Shown here in pieces: positions 27,467 through 37,753 of a stretch of DNA of 64,000 nt. A model generated the notes under the pieces. The model was not told where the DNA came from. It saw only the letters and a list, made by a program, of their open reading frames with translations, and searched no databases. A program made the translations under genes and the position numbers. Position 1 is the stretch's first letter. Each line of letters begins with the position of its first letter. Source of the stretch: an uncultured Chloroflexia bacterium (GTDB taxonomy: Bacteria; Chloroflexota; Anaerolineae; JAAYZQ01); assembly GCA_963700285.1 (NCBI GenBank), contig CAVOXA010000001.1, positions 800,001 through 864,000 of the forward strand, in the 5' to 3' direction.

Positions 27467-29047
27467 ATGAAGAAACGAGAGCGCACCATCGTTGTCTGGT
27501 CATTGGTAGTCCTCGACACCCTCGCTGTAGTCATAGCCTTGGTGTTGGCCTATTACCTGCGGTTTGGCCTGGACCAGCCACACAAGTTCGACGCGTATGT
27601 GCGCATGACCCTCCTTGCGGTACCAGTGTTCCTGGCCATTTTTGCCTACTCCCGGCTCTATGACACTCACCTGCTTTTCGGGGGTCCCCAGGAGTACGCA
27701 AACGTGGTAAAGGCTTGTACGTTTGGCGTCATCGCCCTGACCATGTTGAGTTTCTGGGAGAGCGGGGGCTTGATGTCACGAGCCTGGCTGCTGATAGCTT
27801 GGATCCTTTCGTTCCTTGTGGTTGGTACAGGGCGTTTCATCTTTCGACGTGTCATCTTTTTCCTGCGTCGCCAAGATCTCTTTGTCAGTCGCGCCCTCGT
27901 GGTCGGTGCCAACGAGCAGGCCAAGATCATCGTTCGTCAGCTTCACGCTTCCGAGGAACGGGGTGTTCGGGTGGTTGGCTTCTTGGACGACTACTTGCCG
28001 CCAGGTACGGCGGTGATGGACGGACTAGAGGTGCTTGGGTCTCCCACCGAGCTGGATCGTGTGTCAAAAGAATATGGTGCCGGGGGAGCTATTGTCATGC
28101 CAGATGCGTTGGCCTGGGAGAGTTTTCAGGAGATCATCCGAGAGGCAGCTTCTCAGCGCAGTGGCTTGGAGATCAAACTGTCACCCGGGTTCTACGAGAT
28201 CTTGACCACGGGAGTGAAGGTAGACCCCACTACCTACGTCCCATTGCTCACGGTGCAACGAGTTCGTATCACCGGGTTGGACGCACTATTCAAGAACCTG
28301 CTGGACTTTGGGTTGGGCTTTGTGCTCCTTGTGCTCTTTTCTCCGGTGATGGCAGCAATCTCGCTGGCTCTCTGGCTTCGCGGACGGCCCGGTCCCGGGC
28401 AAGGTACACAAAGCTCACCTATATTGGATCGGCATCAAGTACTGGGACTGGGTGGGCGAACATTCTATACGCTCAAATTTCATACGGGTCTGCTGGGGAG
28501 CATCCGCCGCAGCCTGGTCGATCCGCTGCCGGTAGATCTGTTGGACAATGGCCGTGTCACGCGATTGGGGGCGTTCCTATTCCGAACTGGATTGGACAAG
28601 CTGCCACAGCTGTTCAATGTGCTGCGAGGCCAGATGAGTTTGGTTGGCCCTCGAACCGTCTCGGACAGAGACAGGGGCCCGTATGGACCATGGCTGCACA
28701 GTATGCTGACGGTCAAGCCAGGAATGACTGGCCCGTGGGCTGTGCGCAGCGTGCCAACGTTGGGGGATGAGATCCGGTTGACGTTGTACTATATTCGGAA
28801 CTGGACAATTTGGGTCGATCTGCAGATCATTCTCAGAACAGCCTCCCGCGTTCTATACTGGCAACGACGCAGGCGAGCGGGAAAAAGTACGACCTCAGCG
28901 ATCGGCCCCAGTGATGAGGAATCACCAATCACTTCACATGTAGAGTCGACCTCCTATGCCATCGAGGCGATGGTTCCCAATCCTGCGACGGGCCCGAATA
29001 CCTATTCCTTAGAGAACTCAGCCATGCAATCCGAGGAGGAGGATTGA
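27467..29047 (+). CDS. WcaJ-like large priming glycosylphosphotransferase with atypical catalytic motif
   Basis: 4 N-terminal TMs, Rossmann-like VVGA..VVGFLDD domain, C-terminal GLDKLPQLFNVLRGQMSLVGPR. Confidence 0.85.
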   Translation: MKKRERTIVVWSLVVLDTLAVVIALVLAYYLRFGLDQPHKFDAYVRMTLLAVPVFLAIFAYSRLYDTHLLFGGPQEYANVVKACTFGVIALTMLSFWESGGLMSRAWLLIAWILSFLVVGTGRFIFRRVIFFLRRQDLFVSRALVVGANEQAKIIVRQLHASEERGVRVVGFLDDYLPPGTAVMDGLEVLGSPTELDRVSKEYGAGGAIVMPDALAWESFQEIIREAASQRSGLEIKLSPGFYEILTTGVKVDPTTYVPLLTVQRVRITGLDALFKNLLDFGLGFVLLVLFSPVMAAISLALWLRGRPGPGQGTQSSPILDRHQVLGLGGRTFYTLKFHTGLLGSIRRSLVDPLPVDLLDNGRVTRLGAFLFRTGLDKLPQLFNVLRGQMSLVGPRTVSDRDRGPYGPWLHSMLTVKPGMTGPWAVRSVPTLGDEIRLTLYYIRNWTIWVDLQIILRTASRVLYWQRRRRAGKSTTSAIGPSDEESPITSHVESTSYAIEAMVPNPATGPNTYSLENSAMQSEEED

Positions 29048-29661
29048 CTCACCAAGACTGCGATATTAGACAGGATGAGTGCGAGATGGATGCAGTTGGG
29101 GGATATTTGACGGAACTCGCCGACATGGTTCGCGAGATGCCACAGGATCGGATCTGGGATGTGATCCACGTACTCATGGATGCCTGGCGGAAGGGCAGCC
29201 GGGTATTCTTGTTGGGCAATGGGGGCAGCGCGGCAACAGCTTCTCATATGGCAAACGACCTAAACAAGTACACGATCGTGCCCGGTCAGCCCCGCTTCAA
29301 GGTACTTGCTCTTTCGGACAATGTCCCCTTGATGACGGCTTGGGGCAACGACACATCGTACGAAAACATCTTTGTGGAACAAATGCTCAATTTTTGGGAG
29401 CCCGGCGATGTGGCCATTGGAATCTCGGGTAGTGGGAACTCCCCGAACGTCTTGAAGGCCATGCAAGCCGCCCGCGATCTTGGAGGCATTGCCATCGGCT
29501 TCACCGGCCGGGATGGCGGTAAGCTGAAAAGCGTCGTAGATCTATGCATCCACGTACCAAGTGATAGAATCGTTCAGCAAGAAGATGGCCATATGATTCT
29601 GGACCACCTTATAGCTACTACGCTTCGCCAGCTCATCGAAGAAGAGGCTGGTGAAAAGTGA
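29044..29661 (+). CDS. gmhA: Phosphoheptose isomerase (SIS domain)
   Basis: GNGGSAATASH, TAWGND, ISGSGNSPNV, FTGRDGGKL, QQEDGH. Confidence 0.85.
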   Translation: MTHQDCDIRQDECEMDAVGGYLTELADMVREMPQDRIWDVIHVLMDAWRKGSRVFLLGNGGSAATASHMANDLNKYTIVPGQPRFKVLALSDNVPLMTAWGNDTSYENIFVEQMLNFWEPGDVAIGISGSGNSPNVLKAMQAARDLGGIAIGFTGRDGGKLKSVVDLCIHVPSDRIVQQEDGHMILDHLIATTLRQLIEEEAGEK

Positions 29662-29816
29662 TCTCGGTTTGAAGGCGATGAGATTGCCGGATGTGCTATT
29701 GGGTGTGCCCTTTGGCCGGATGACCTGCGGGCCCCAGTCTGGGTACAAGGCCAGCGGGTGCTCTCCAATCAGAAACTGCCATGGCTTGCTGTCTGCCAAA
29801 GGATCGTGGAGGACAT

Positions 29817-30692
29817 ATGAGTAGCAATAGACCTCGCGTCAGCATCGGGCTACCTGTATACAATGGGGCGGCATACCTGACAGAGACGCTTGACTCGTTG
29901 CTGAGCCAGACGTGGACTGATTTTGAACTCATTGTCTCGGACAACGCCTCGACAGATACCACCGAAGACATCTGCCGTTCATATGCTGCCCGAGACGCTC
30001 GCATCCGCTATCTCCGAAACCGGGAGAACCTTGGCGCAGCCGCCAACTACAATCGAGTGTTTCATCTATCATCTGGTGAGTACTTCAAGTGGGCGGCAGC
30101 TGATGACCTTTGCGCGCCGGAATTCCTCGAACGTTGCGTCGAGGTACTGGACCGGGTGTCTTCCGTGGTTCTGTGCTACCCACGGGCGCAGGCGATTGAT
30201 GAGAAGGGTAGCATCATTAGGGACTACCCGAGCAAGCCTAACGCAGATTCTGCTAAACCCCAAGAACGCTTCTTCGAGTTTGTGTGTGTGCCCCATCCTT
30301 GTGTTGCAGTATTCGGCTTGGTACGCGCCAGTGCGCTCAGGAGAACGCAGCTCATCGGCAATTTCGCCTCGGCGGATAGGCCTCTGCTTGGTGAGTTGAG
30401 TCTCCTGGGCCGCTTCTACGAGTTGTCAGAGTTCCTGTTCTTTTACAGGAACCACCCTCAGCAATCTTGGCGAGCATATCCTACTCGCCAGGCAGTGCAA
30501 GCCTGGTACGATCCAGCCAGGGCAACGAAGGTGACTTTGCCTCACTGGCGCCTTCTTCGGGAACATCTTGGCTCGATCAGGCGGGCGCCGTTGGATCGGA
30601 GTGAGCGTATTTCATGCTATCTATGCATGGCCTGGTGGGTGCGAAAGCGCTGGAAACGTCTCGCCAGGAATTTGATTCTCCAGGATTTGTGA
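29817..30692 (+). CDS. Glycosyltransferase family 2
   Basis: VSIGLPVYNG, SDNASTD, YFKWAAADD; GGAGG RBS. Confidence 0.92.
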   Translation: MSSNRPRVSIGLPVYNGAAYLTETLDSLLSQTWTDFELIVSDNASTDTTEDICRSYAARDARIRYLRNRENLGAAANYNRVFHLSSGEYFKWAAADDLCAPEFLERCVEVLDRVSSVVLCYPRAQAIDEKGSIIRDYPSKPNADSAKPQERFFEFVCVPHPCVAVFGLVRASALRRTQLIGNFASADRPLLGELSLLGRFYELSEFLFFYRNHPQQSWRAYPTRQAVQAWYDPARATKVTLPHWRLLREHLGSIRRAPLDRSERISCYLCMAWWVRKRWKRLARNLILQDL

Positions 30693-30734
30693 TAGACCGG
30701 AGGTAGCTGTTCAATCGCGGATGGGGAGGGGATA

Positions 30735-31928
30735 ATGCACGTGGTGCTCCTGCATTTCTATTCGCATACACCGACTCCGGCCTATCAGCAGATAGCCTCT
30801 GCGTTGCGCATTCGAGGGCACACTGTCTGGGTAGGGGCTAGGGACAAGAAGGGTGACCTTGTGTGGCAGGATGGAGAGAGCGCGTTCTCGGTCACCAGTG
30901 GTCCAGCACGTCCGCCTGGATGGCTGGTGGAGATCCCATTGCTGGGATCGATAGTGGAACGATTGGTATTTCTAGGTTTCATGCTGCGGGTACGCGGTTT
31001 CCTTCGGGATTGCCTTCCGGAGATTGTTCAGGTGAATCACGCATCGGTTCGCTGGCTGGGTTTTCTGCCTCTGTTTATGCCAAAGCAGACGCACTTTGTC
31101 CTTGATTTTCGCCAGGTTGGCCAACGTGCGGCAGAGGATCCGGTTGGAAGGTTCAAAGGGTGGCTCACGGACTGGTGGCGCCGGATCTGCTCGCGGTTTA
31201 TCTATGATGCTGCCTGCTTCTTGCATCCGGCTGGCGCGAGAAGGATACTGGGAACATCCTGGCCAAAGTGGGGAGTCGTTGTCCCTCTTGGTGTGAGCCA
31301 GGGCTTTCTTGCTCTTGACTATGCGGAATCAGGGCGCCAAGAAGCCGAGGGTTCAATCAAGTTTCTCTACATCGGCACGCTGAGCCGGGTACGGCATCTG
31401 GAACAGATCCTGTATGCTGCGCGACAGGTTCTGACTGCGACCGATGACTTTCGTGTCGATTTTGTTGGCGCCGACAGCGCCCAGGGTTTCTATCAGAGCC
31501 TGATCAGCGAGCTGGGATTGGACTCCGTAGTAAGGGTAGAGAAGCCAGTACCGTACCAGGATATACCAGAAGTGATCGCGGGCTACGATGTGGCCCTGGC
31601 CTACGTACCAGAGCGGCCGGCGCATTGGCTGTATCAACCGACCATGAAGGTGCTGGAATACCGTGCAGTAGGAGTGCCCATCATAGCAAGCGATAATGAG
31701 CCGAATCGCGATGTCGTTGTGGATGGCCAGAATGGCCTGATTGTACAGAACACGCCCGAGAGTCTGGCCGAGGGGATTCGTCGTCTGGTTCTCGACCCTG
31801 TTTTTCTGGCGAGTTGTACAGAAAATGCGCGGCAGATGCGCCAAGGTGCGACATGGGACAATGTGGCCATGATGTATGAGCAAGACGTCTACCAGGCACT
31901 GATCAACCAGCCAGAGCGCACAGGCTGA
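30735..31928 (+). CDS. Glycosyltransferase family 4
   Basis: LYIGTLSRVR, KVLEYRAVGVPIIASD, DGQNG. Confidence 0.85.
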   Translation: MHVVLLHFYSHTPTPAYQQIASALRIRGHTVWVGARDKKGDLVWQDGESAFSVTSGPARPPGWLVEIPLLGSIVERLVFLGFMLRVRGFLRDCLPEIVQVNHASVRWLGFLPLFMPKQTHFVLDFRQVGQRAAEDPVGRFKGWLTDWWRRICSRFIYDAACFLHPAGARRILGTSWPKWGVVVPLGVSQGFLALDYAESGRQEAEGSIKFLYIGTLSRVRHLEQILYAARQVLTATDDFRVDFVGADSAQGFYQSLISELGLDSVVRVEKPVPYQDIPEVIAGYDVALAYVPERPAHWLYQPTMKVLEYRAVGVPIIASDNEPNRDVVVDGQNGLIVQNTPESLAEGIRRLVLDPVFLASCTENARQMRQGATWDNVAMMYEQDVYQALINQPERTG

Positions 31929-31941
31929 CCAGGGGGGCTCA

Positions 31942-32823
31942 TTGAGTGGAAATGAAGTGGACATAAGTCGACCGATATTTATTATTGGTTCGGGTCGGTC
32001 CGGGACCACAATCTTGTACCGCCTGATGGCTGTACATCCAGAAGTCTGTTGGTTCTCCAACCTCACGGATCGGTATCCAAGCCACCCGAAACTGGCCGTG
32101 TTTCATAGATTTCTGGACGCTCCCATTGTTGGCAGCTGGATGAGACAACGACTCATCGAACGAAAAACGCCTTCGCTCCGACCCAGCGAGGCAGGTACCA
32201 TATACCATCTATACTGCGGATTTGATAGCTCGCGTAGGATGACCGCAGACGATCTGACGCCGGAAGTAGAGGGCAAATTCAAGGGTGTCATCGAGGAGCA
32301 CTTGCGCGCTACTGGCAAGCCTCGCTTCATGAGCAAGCAAACAGCTAATTCGCAGAGGATCGGGGTCATTGATAGGATGTTCCCTGATGCCTACTATGTA
32401 CATATTATCAGGGATGGAAGGGCCGTGGCAAATTCGTTGCTGCGGGTGGACTGGTGGGGTGAAACAGATATCTGGTGGTTGGATGGCAAGCCTGAAAAAT
32501 GGGCAGCCATGGGAGGGGATCCGATTGAACTGTGCGCTCTGCAATGGCAGCGAGATGTCCAGGAGATCTTGGATCACAAACACTTGTTTGACGAACGGTA
32601 TCTTGAGATCAGGTACGAGGACCTGGTTGAGGATCCCAGAAGTGTTGTCGATGACGTCATTCGTTTTGCTGGCTTGGGCCAGTCGACGATGCTCATGGAT
32701 ACTCTGCCTGAGACCCTTCCAAACATGAACTACAAGTGGGAGGAACAGTTGGGTGGATCTCAGAAAGCGATTCTAGAGAAGAGCATCGGAGAGTCACTGG
32801 CGGCGCTGGGGTATCCGACCTGA
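31942..32823 (+). CDS. Sulfotransferase
   Basis: PIFIIGSGRSGTT, FPDAYYVHIIRDGRAVANS, IRYEDLVEDP, C-terminal LAALGY. Confidence 0.9.
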   Translation: MSGNEVDISRPIFIIGSGRSGTTILYRLMAVHPEVCWFSNLTDRYPSHPKLAVFHRFLDAPIVGSWMRQRLIERKTPSLRPSEAGTIYHLYCGFDSSRRMTADDLTPEVEGKFKGVIEEHLRATGKPRFMSKQTANSQRIGVIDRMFPDAYYVHIIRDGRAVANSLLRVDWWGETDIWWLDGKPEKWAAMGGDPIELCALQWQRDVQEILDHKHLFDERYLEIRYEDLVEDPRSVVDDVIRFAGLGQSTMLMDTLPETLPNMNYKWEEQLGGSQKAILEKSIGESLAALGYPT

Positions 32824-32860
32824 TGCTGAGGTTGTGCCGATTTTCCGACGCTGGCTGACT

Positions 32861-32888
32861 TTGACAAAGATGGCAATCCGGCTATAAT
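32861..32888 (+). promoter_or_regulatory. Consensus sigma70 promoter inside the polysaccharide locus
   Basis: TTGACA-N16-TATAAT in the intergenic gap before wzx. Confidence 0.75.
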
Positions 32889-33020
32889 GGCGGCCTAGAC
32901 TCGCCACCCTAGCTAGGAGCCCAAGCACATCGAAATCTGGTTAAACGCTGGTGTACTGTCTGCTATGCCAAACGCACACCAGAAAGCACGGGGCAAGTCC
33001 TTGTGCCTCAGGCGAACTGA

Positions 33021-34523
33021 ATGGGAATGAAGAGCCTCAAGAAGCAAACCGCAAAAGGCACCATGTGGATGTCTCTGGCGTATTTTTCTGCCCGGCCCCT
33101 CAGGACGCTAGCCCTGATCTTTTTGGCGCGCCTGCTGGACCCACAGGATTTTGGGTTGGTTGCACTGGCCATGATCCTGATCACAGGGACAGATCTCTTT
33201 TCCGGCCTGGGTATGGAAAACGCGTTGATCCATAGCAACGAGGACCTGCGCAAGGTTGGCTTCCAGGCGTTCGCCGTGACGGGGCTGTTTAGCATGTTCG
33301 TATTCTTGATCGTGTTCACGCAGGCGCCTCTCTTTGCTGGCCTGTTGGGAGATCCCGAGGTGATGCCGATCATCCGCTGGCTTTCCCTGCTGATCATTAC
33401 AGAGTCCCTCTCTTTGGTGCCTAATGCATTGCTGCGAAAGAAGATGATGTTCCGGCAGGTGAGCACGGCCAAGCTCATTTCAGTATTCGTCTACAACGGT
33501 TCAGCAGTTCTCCTTGCTTTTCTGGGCTTTGGACTGTGGAGCCTGGTATACGCCGAGTTGATCCGGTCTGTGATAAATGCGGTTGTCGTCTCGATCTTTT
33601 GCCCGAGCTGGGGCTGGCTCAGGCCCAGGTTGCCAGATTGGAACATACTGAGCAAATTGCTCAGATACGGGATCCCGAGCACGGGAAGTGGGTTCCTGAC
33701 CTATCTCAATACCAACTGGGACGATTGGCTTGTGGGCAGAGTGTTGGGGACAACGCTTCTGGGTTTTTATTCCAAGGCATACAATGTGTCCAACAAGGGG
33801 ATCGTAGGCTTTAACAGGGGAGTGATCAGCGGCGTCTTTTTTCCCTCTTTTGCCAAGATACAAGATGACAGGGAGCGCCTGTCCCGGGCGTATGTCAAGG
33901 GCCTGTGTATGGTGGCACTGGTCATGACCCCGATGTCACTGGGTCTCTTTGTCCTTGCCCCCGAGGCGGTGCCAATTCTCTTGGGGGACAAGTGGCTTCC
34001 CATGACGGCTACGCTGCAGATCTTTGCTCTCATGGCTTTCGCCAGGCCCCTGGCCGGCTCGACGTCCCCGCTGTTCCTGGCGACCGGGCGTCCCGATCTG
34101 AACCTGCGTGTCAGTTTGGTGCTCCTGGGGCTCATGGTGCCCCTGGTGTTCTTGCTGCTTGGCCGGGGCATCGAGGGTGTGGCAGTGGCCGTTGTGGCCT
34201 CCTTTGCGCTGGCTTTTCTCTACAGCGTGTTTGAAGTGAACAGGTTGCTGCCAGGAACCGCGCCCAAAATGGCGCTGGCCATCCTGCCGGCGGTAGTCGC
34301 TGGCATCATCATGGTGGTAGGTGTTCAGTTGTCCAAGGCCCCGCTTGCTCAACTGATGGGTGGTAAGCACAATCTTGCTACACTGATAGCGATGGCTGTG
34401 ATTGGTGCCCTGGTGTATCTTCTCACGACCTTCTTGATGCAGCGCGCGCTGATTCTGGAGGCCTTGTCAGTGGCGCTGTCTGTGTTTAAGGGCCGGAATC
34501 GAATAGCCTTTAATAAATCGTAA
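33021..34523 (+). CDS. wzx: Wzx/WzxC-type polysaccharide flippase
   Basis: LARLLDPQDFGLVA, GFGLWSLV, LGFYSKAY, LGDKW; 12-14 TMs. Confidence 0.9.
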   Translation: MGMKSLKKQTAKGTMWMSLAYFSARPLRTLALIFLARLLDPQDFGLVALAMILITGTDLFSGLGMENALIHSNEDLRKVGFQAFAVTGLFSMFVFLIVFTQAPLFAGLLGDPEVMPIIRWLSLLIITESLSLVPNALLRKKMMFRQVSTAKLISVFVYNGSAVLLAFLGFGLWSLVYAELIRSVINAVVVSIFCPSWGWLRPRLPDWNILSKLLRYGIPSTGSGFLTYLNTNWDDWLVGRVLGTTLLGFYSKAYNVSNKGIVGFNRGVISGVFFPSFAKIQDDRERLSRAYVKGLCMVALVMTPMSLGLFVLAPEAVPILLGDKWLPMTATLQIFALMAFARPLAGSTSPLFLATGRPDLNLRVSLVLLGLMVPLVFLLLGRGIEGVAVAVVASFALAFLYSVFEVNRLLPGTAPKMALAILPAVVAGIIMVVGVQLSKAPLAQLMGGKHNLATLIAMAVIGALVYLLTTFLMQRALILEALSVALSVFKGRNRIAFNKS

Positions 34524-34539
34524 CTGGGAGGTAGCACAA

Positions 34540-36447
34540 ATGAAAGGGAATGCTGGTTTTCGTAGCTTGATGGTGGTACTGGCATTTGTACTGCTGATTC
34601 AGGTGCCGGCGGCGTGGGCCATCGGCGACGCGGAAGACTCTAGACAGCCGCGGGTGAGTGCGTCTCCAGACGCCCCTATCATCGAGGTTTGGTACGGCGA
34701 TACCCAGAATTTTGGTGTGCTGGGTGACCCACAGCAGCAGATTAACATCCTGGGGAACGTCATCAGCGCCACTTCGATCGAGTACTCTCTGAATGGTCAG
34801 GCTCCCGTCGAGCTGAGCATCGGTACAGGCGGCACTGTCGATCCACCTCCGCCGGTGGGTGCCTTGCATGCAGAGGATCTGGCCGTTGCTGGCAACAAGC
34901 GTCTGATCAACAAGGGTGACTTTAACATCGAGATCTTTACCAGCCAGCTCCTTGCGGGCGCGAACACAGTCGAGATCACGGCCTACGGCAGCGGCCAGAC
35001 CACAAAGACGGTCACGGTCAACTACTCTAAGGGCAACACGTGGCCGCTGCCCTATACCCTCGACTGGAACAACTTTGACGACCTTGAGGAAGCGCTGCAA
35101 GGCGGCAAGGTGCAGGTCGTGGATGGTGAGTGGTATCTGTATGAGGAAGGCGGGCAGAAATGGCTCAGGCCCGAGGAGGGGAAAACCGGGTACGACAGGG
35201 CGGTGGCCATCGGAGACATCAAGTGGAAGAACTTTGATGTGCTGGTCCCCATCCATCTCAAGCAGTTCCCTGTGGATGGTCAAGGAAACATTGGCCTGAT
35301 GGTCCGCTGGCAGGGTCACACCGAGGCCAAGTCGGGCGAGCAGCCGTTCACCGGTTGGTGGGAGTCAGGCGTTTTTGCTATCTACAGGCACAGGACCCCG
35401 GAGCCTACGGTTCCTCCTGAGCCTGAGGACTGTGGCTCCAGGTTAGAGATGTTCTACGGTCACTTTAGCAGGCTGGAGGATCTGGATTGTGATCCCAGTA
35501 TCAAACGAAAGGAGCCCTACTACTTTCGGCTGCGGGTTCAGACTACGGACACGGCTCCCTATGGCTTCTATAGCATGAAGGTGTGGAAGTCCAGCGACTC
35601 GGAGCCCTCAGACTGGGTCTTTGAGGTGGCGGACGAGATGCCCGACGTGCTCGACACAGGGTCTTTCCTGCTGGTTGCACACGAGGCGGACGCCATGTTC
35701 GGCAAGGTTGAGGTCACACCGCTCGTGGACTTGGAGGTCTCGACCGTTGGACCGGGCAAGGTAGAGGTCTCCCCCGAGCTCAACGGCCCGTCGGATGCCT
35801 ACCTTCTGGGGGACACGGTCGAGCTGACTGCCACCCCCAACGACCCGGCCAACTATGCCTTTGCTGGTTGGAGCGGTGACTTGACCGGTGCTCAGAATCC
35901 TGCTACCCTGACCCTTGACAAAGCCGAAGTCCAGGTCACCGCCACCTTTGCGCCCAAGAGGACGCTGGTCGTCGGCGTTGACCCGGCCGCCGCCGGGCAG
36001 GTGGAACTGGATCCACCGGGAGGTGTATACGGGAACGGAACTGTTGTCACCCTGACGCCCAAGCCCAATGCCAACTACAGCTTTGGCCAGTGGAGCGGAC
36101 CCAATGCGAGCAACCTGGTGAACCTGGGCAACGGTTCCTGGTCGATCATGATGGATGGTGACAAGAATGTGACGGCCAACTTTATCCCGGGCTATGCTCT
36201 GGCCATTACCACAACCGGGCAGGGCATGGTCATTACGGACCCGCCAGGCGCGGGCTTCCCGCAGGGAACAGTCGTCAAGCTGACTGCCAAGCCAGACTGG
36301 GGCTGGTTCTTTGCCGGGTGGCAGGGCGACCTGTCTGGCAGGCAAAATCCCGCCTCGCTGAAGATGGATGGAAACAAGGCGATTGAGGCCGTGTTCATCG
36401 AAGCCAATCAGGCATTCTTACCCACGATCGCGCGTAGATCGCGGTAA
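34540..36447 (+). CDS. Secreted beta-rich protein with three InlB-B-like repeats and C-terminal FLPxx tail
   Basis: Sec signal ending AAWA; repeats V.LTA.P...Y.F.GWSGD..G..NP....D....V.A.F; ends AFLPTIARRSR. Confidence 0.75.
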   Translation: MKGNAGFRSLMVVLAFVLLIQVPAAWAIGDAEDSRQPRVSASPDAPIIEVWYGDTQNFGVLGDPQQQINILGNVISATSIEYSLNGQAPVELSIGTGGTVDPPPPVGALHAEDLAVAGNKRLINKGDFNIEIFTSQLLAGANTVEITAYGSGQTTKTVTVNYSKGNTWPLPYTLDWNNFDDLEEALQGGKVQVVDGEWYLYEEGGQKWLRPEEGKTGYDRAVAIGDIKWKNFDVLVPIHLKQFPVDGQGNIGLMVRWQGHTEAKSGEQPFTGWWESGVFAIYRHRTPEPTVPPEPEDCGSRLEMFYGHFSRLEDLDCDPSIKRKEPYYFRLRVQTTDTAPYGFYSMKVWKSSDSEPSDWVFEVADEMPDVLDTGSFLLVAHEADAMFGKVEVTPLVDLEVSTVGPGKVEVSPELNGPSDAYLLGDTVELTATPNDPANYAFAGWSGDLTGAQNPATLTLDKAEVQVTATFAPKRTLVVGVDPAAAGQVELDPPGGVYGNGTVVTLTPKPNANYSFGQWSGPNASNLVNLGNGSWSIMMDGDKNVTANFIPGYALAITTTGQGMVITDPPGAGFPQGTVVKLTAKPDWGWFFAGWQGDLSGRQNPASLKMDGNKAIEAVFIEANQAFLPTIARRSR

Positions 36448-36495
36448 CCTGGCTGAAGGGATCCTGCTGCTGGGGAGTAGTATGTGAATGAAGCT

Positions 36496-36566
36496 CCTGG
36501 CGGCCTGCATGTGCTGTCTGGGAAGCCTGGCATGCAGCCGCCAGGCATATGCTTGCGGCTGCACGT
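36496..36566. repeat. Overlapping inverted repeats (A-B-C, alternative hairpins)
   Basis: CCTGGCGGCCTGCATG (36496) and ATGCTTGCGGCTGCACG (36549) are each complementary to the central CATGCAGCCGCCAGGCAT (36531). Confidence 0.6.
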
Positions 36567-36687
36567 GTGAGCGCGGAGCAACTCCGGCCTCTTGCCCTTA
36601 GGCTGCGCGGCATTTCATTCGCCAGGGCTCGATAGGCCAGTTAGAGTACAAATCGGCAGTGTGCCGTCTAAACTGTGGAGGAATGAC

Positions 36688-37731
36688 ATGCGTGTTTTGC
36701 TTACAGGTCACAATGGCTACGTGGGCACCATCATGGTCCCCATGCTCGTCGGGGCTGGCCACAACGTAGTGGGGTTGGATTCCAACCTGTTCCTGGGGTC
36801 GAGCTTTGGTCCTGAATCGGAGGGACTGCAGATTGAGGAAAAGCAGATGGACATCCGGGATGTCCAAATTTCGGACCTGGAAGGCTTTGATGCCGTTATC
36901 CATCTGGCTGCCCTGTCCAATGATCCGCTCGGAAACTTGAATCCAGACCTGACCTATGAGATCAACTATAAGGCGTCGGTCCGCCTGGCAGGACTGGCCA
37001 AGGAGGCTGGGGTCCCACGCTTTCTCTTCTCTTCGTCTTGCAGCAACTATGGAGCCGGAGGGCAGGACTGGCTGGATGAGAGTTCGCCTTTCAACCCGGT
37101 GACACCCTACGGCAAGTCAAAGGTGCTGGTCGAACAAGAGGTTGGCGAGATGGCGGACGACGACTTTAGCCCCACCTACTTGCGCAGCGCCACGGCTTAT
37201 GGTGTTTCGCCGCGCCTGCGCTTCGATCTGGTGCTGAATAACCTCGTCGCCTGGGCCTACACGACCGGTCTGGTTCTTATGAAGAGTGATGGCACCCCGT
37301 GGCGGCCCATCGTCCACGTCGAGGACATGTCGCTTGCCTTCCTGGCGGCTCTGCACGCACCCCGCGAGGTGGTGCACAACGAAGCATTCAATGTCGGTAG
37401 GCCTGAGGAGAACTATCAGATTCGGGAGCTGGCCGAGATCGTCGTCGCGACAGTGCCTGGCAGCCACATCGAGTATGCTGAGGGGGCTGGGCCGGACTTG
37501 AGGTGCTATCGCGTGGATAGCAGCAAGATCGCGCGGCTGTTGCCCGAGTACAAGCCAACTTGGGATGCCCGTAAAGGGGCGCAGGAGCTGTACGATGCCT
37601 ACCAAAAAGTCGGGCTCCAGGCGGACGAGTTTGAGGGCCCCCGCTACCGGCGTATCCATCATCTCAAGGAACTGATGAGCATGGACCGCGTGGACGACAA
37701 TCTTCGTTGGACATCGGACCAAGCTGCGTAG
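36688..37731 (+). CDS. NAD-dependent epimerase/dehydratase (extended SDR)
   Basis: [44 protein letters not shown]; GGAGG RBS. Confidence 0.9.
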   Translation: MRVLLTGHNGYVGTIMVPMLVGAGHNVVGLDSNLFLGSSFGPESEGLQIEEKQMDIRDVQISDLEGFDAVIHLAALSNDPLGNLNPDLTYEINYKASVRLAGLAKEAGVPRFLFSSSCSNYGAGGQDWLDESSPFNPVTPYGKSKVLVEQEVGEMADDDFSPTYLRSATAYGVSPRLRFDLVLNNLVAWAYTTGLVLMKSDGTPWRPIVHVEDMSLAFLAALHAPREVVHNEAFNVGRPEENYQIRELAEIVVATVPGSHIEYAEGAGPDLRCYRVDSSKIARLLPEYKPTWDARKGAQELYDAYQKVGLQADEFEGPRYRRIHHLKELMSMDRVDDNLRWTSDQAA

Positions 37732-37753
37732 CTTGCTGGGAGACATAGAGACA

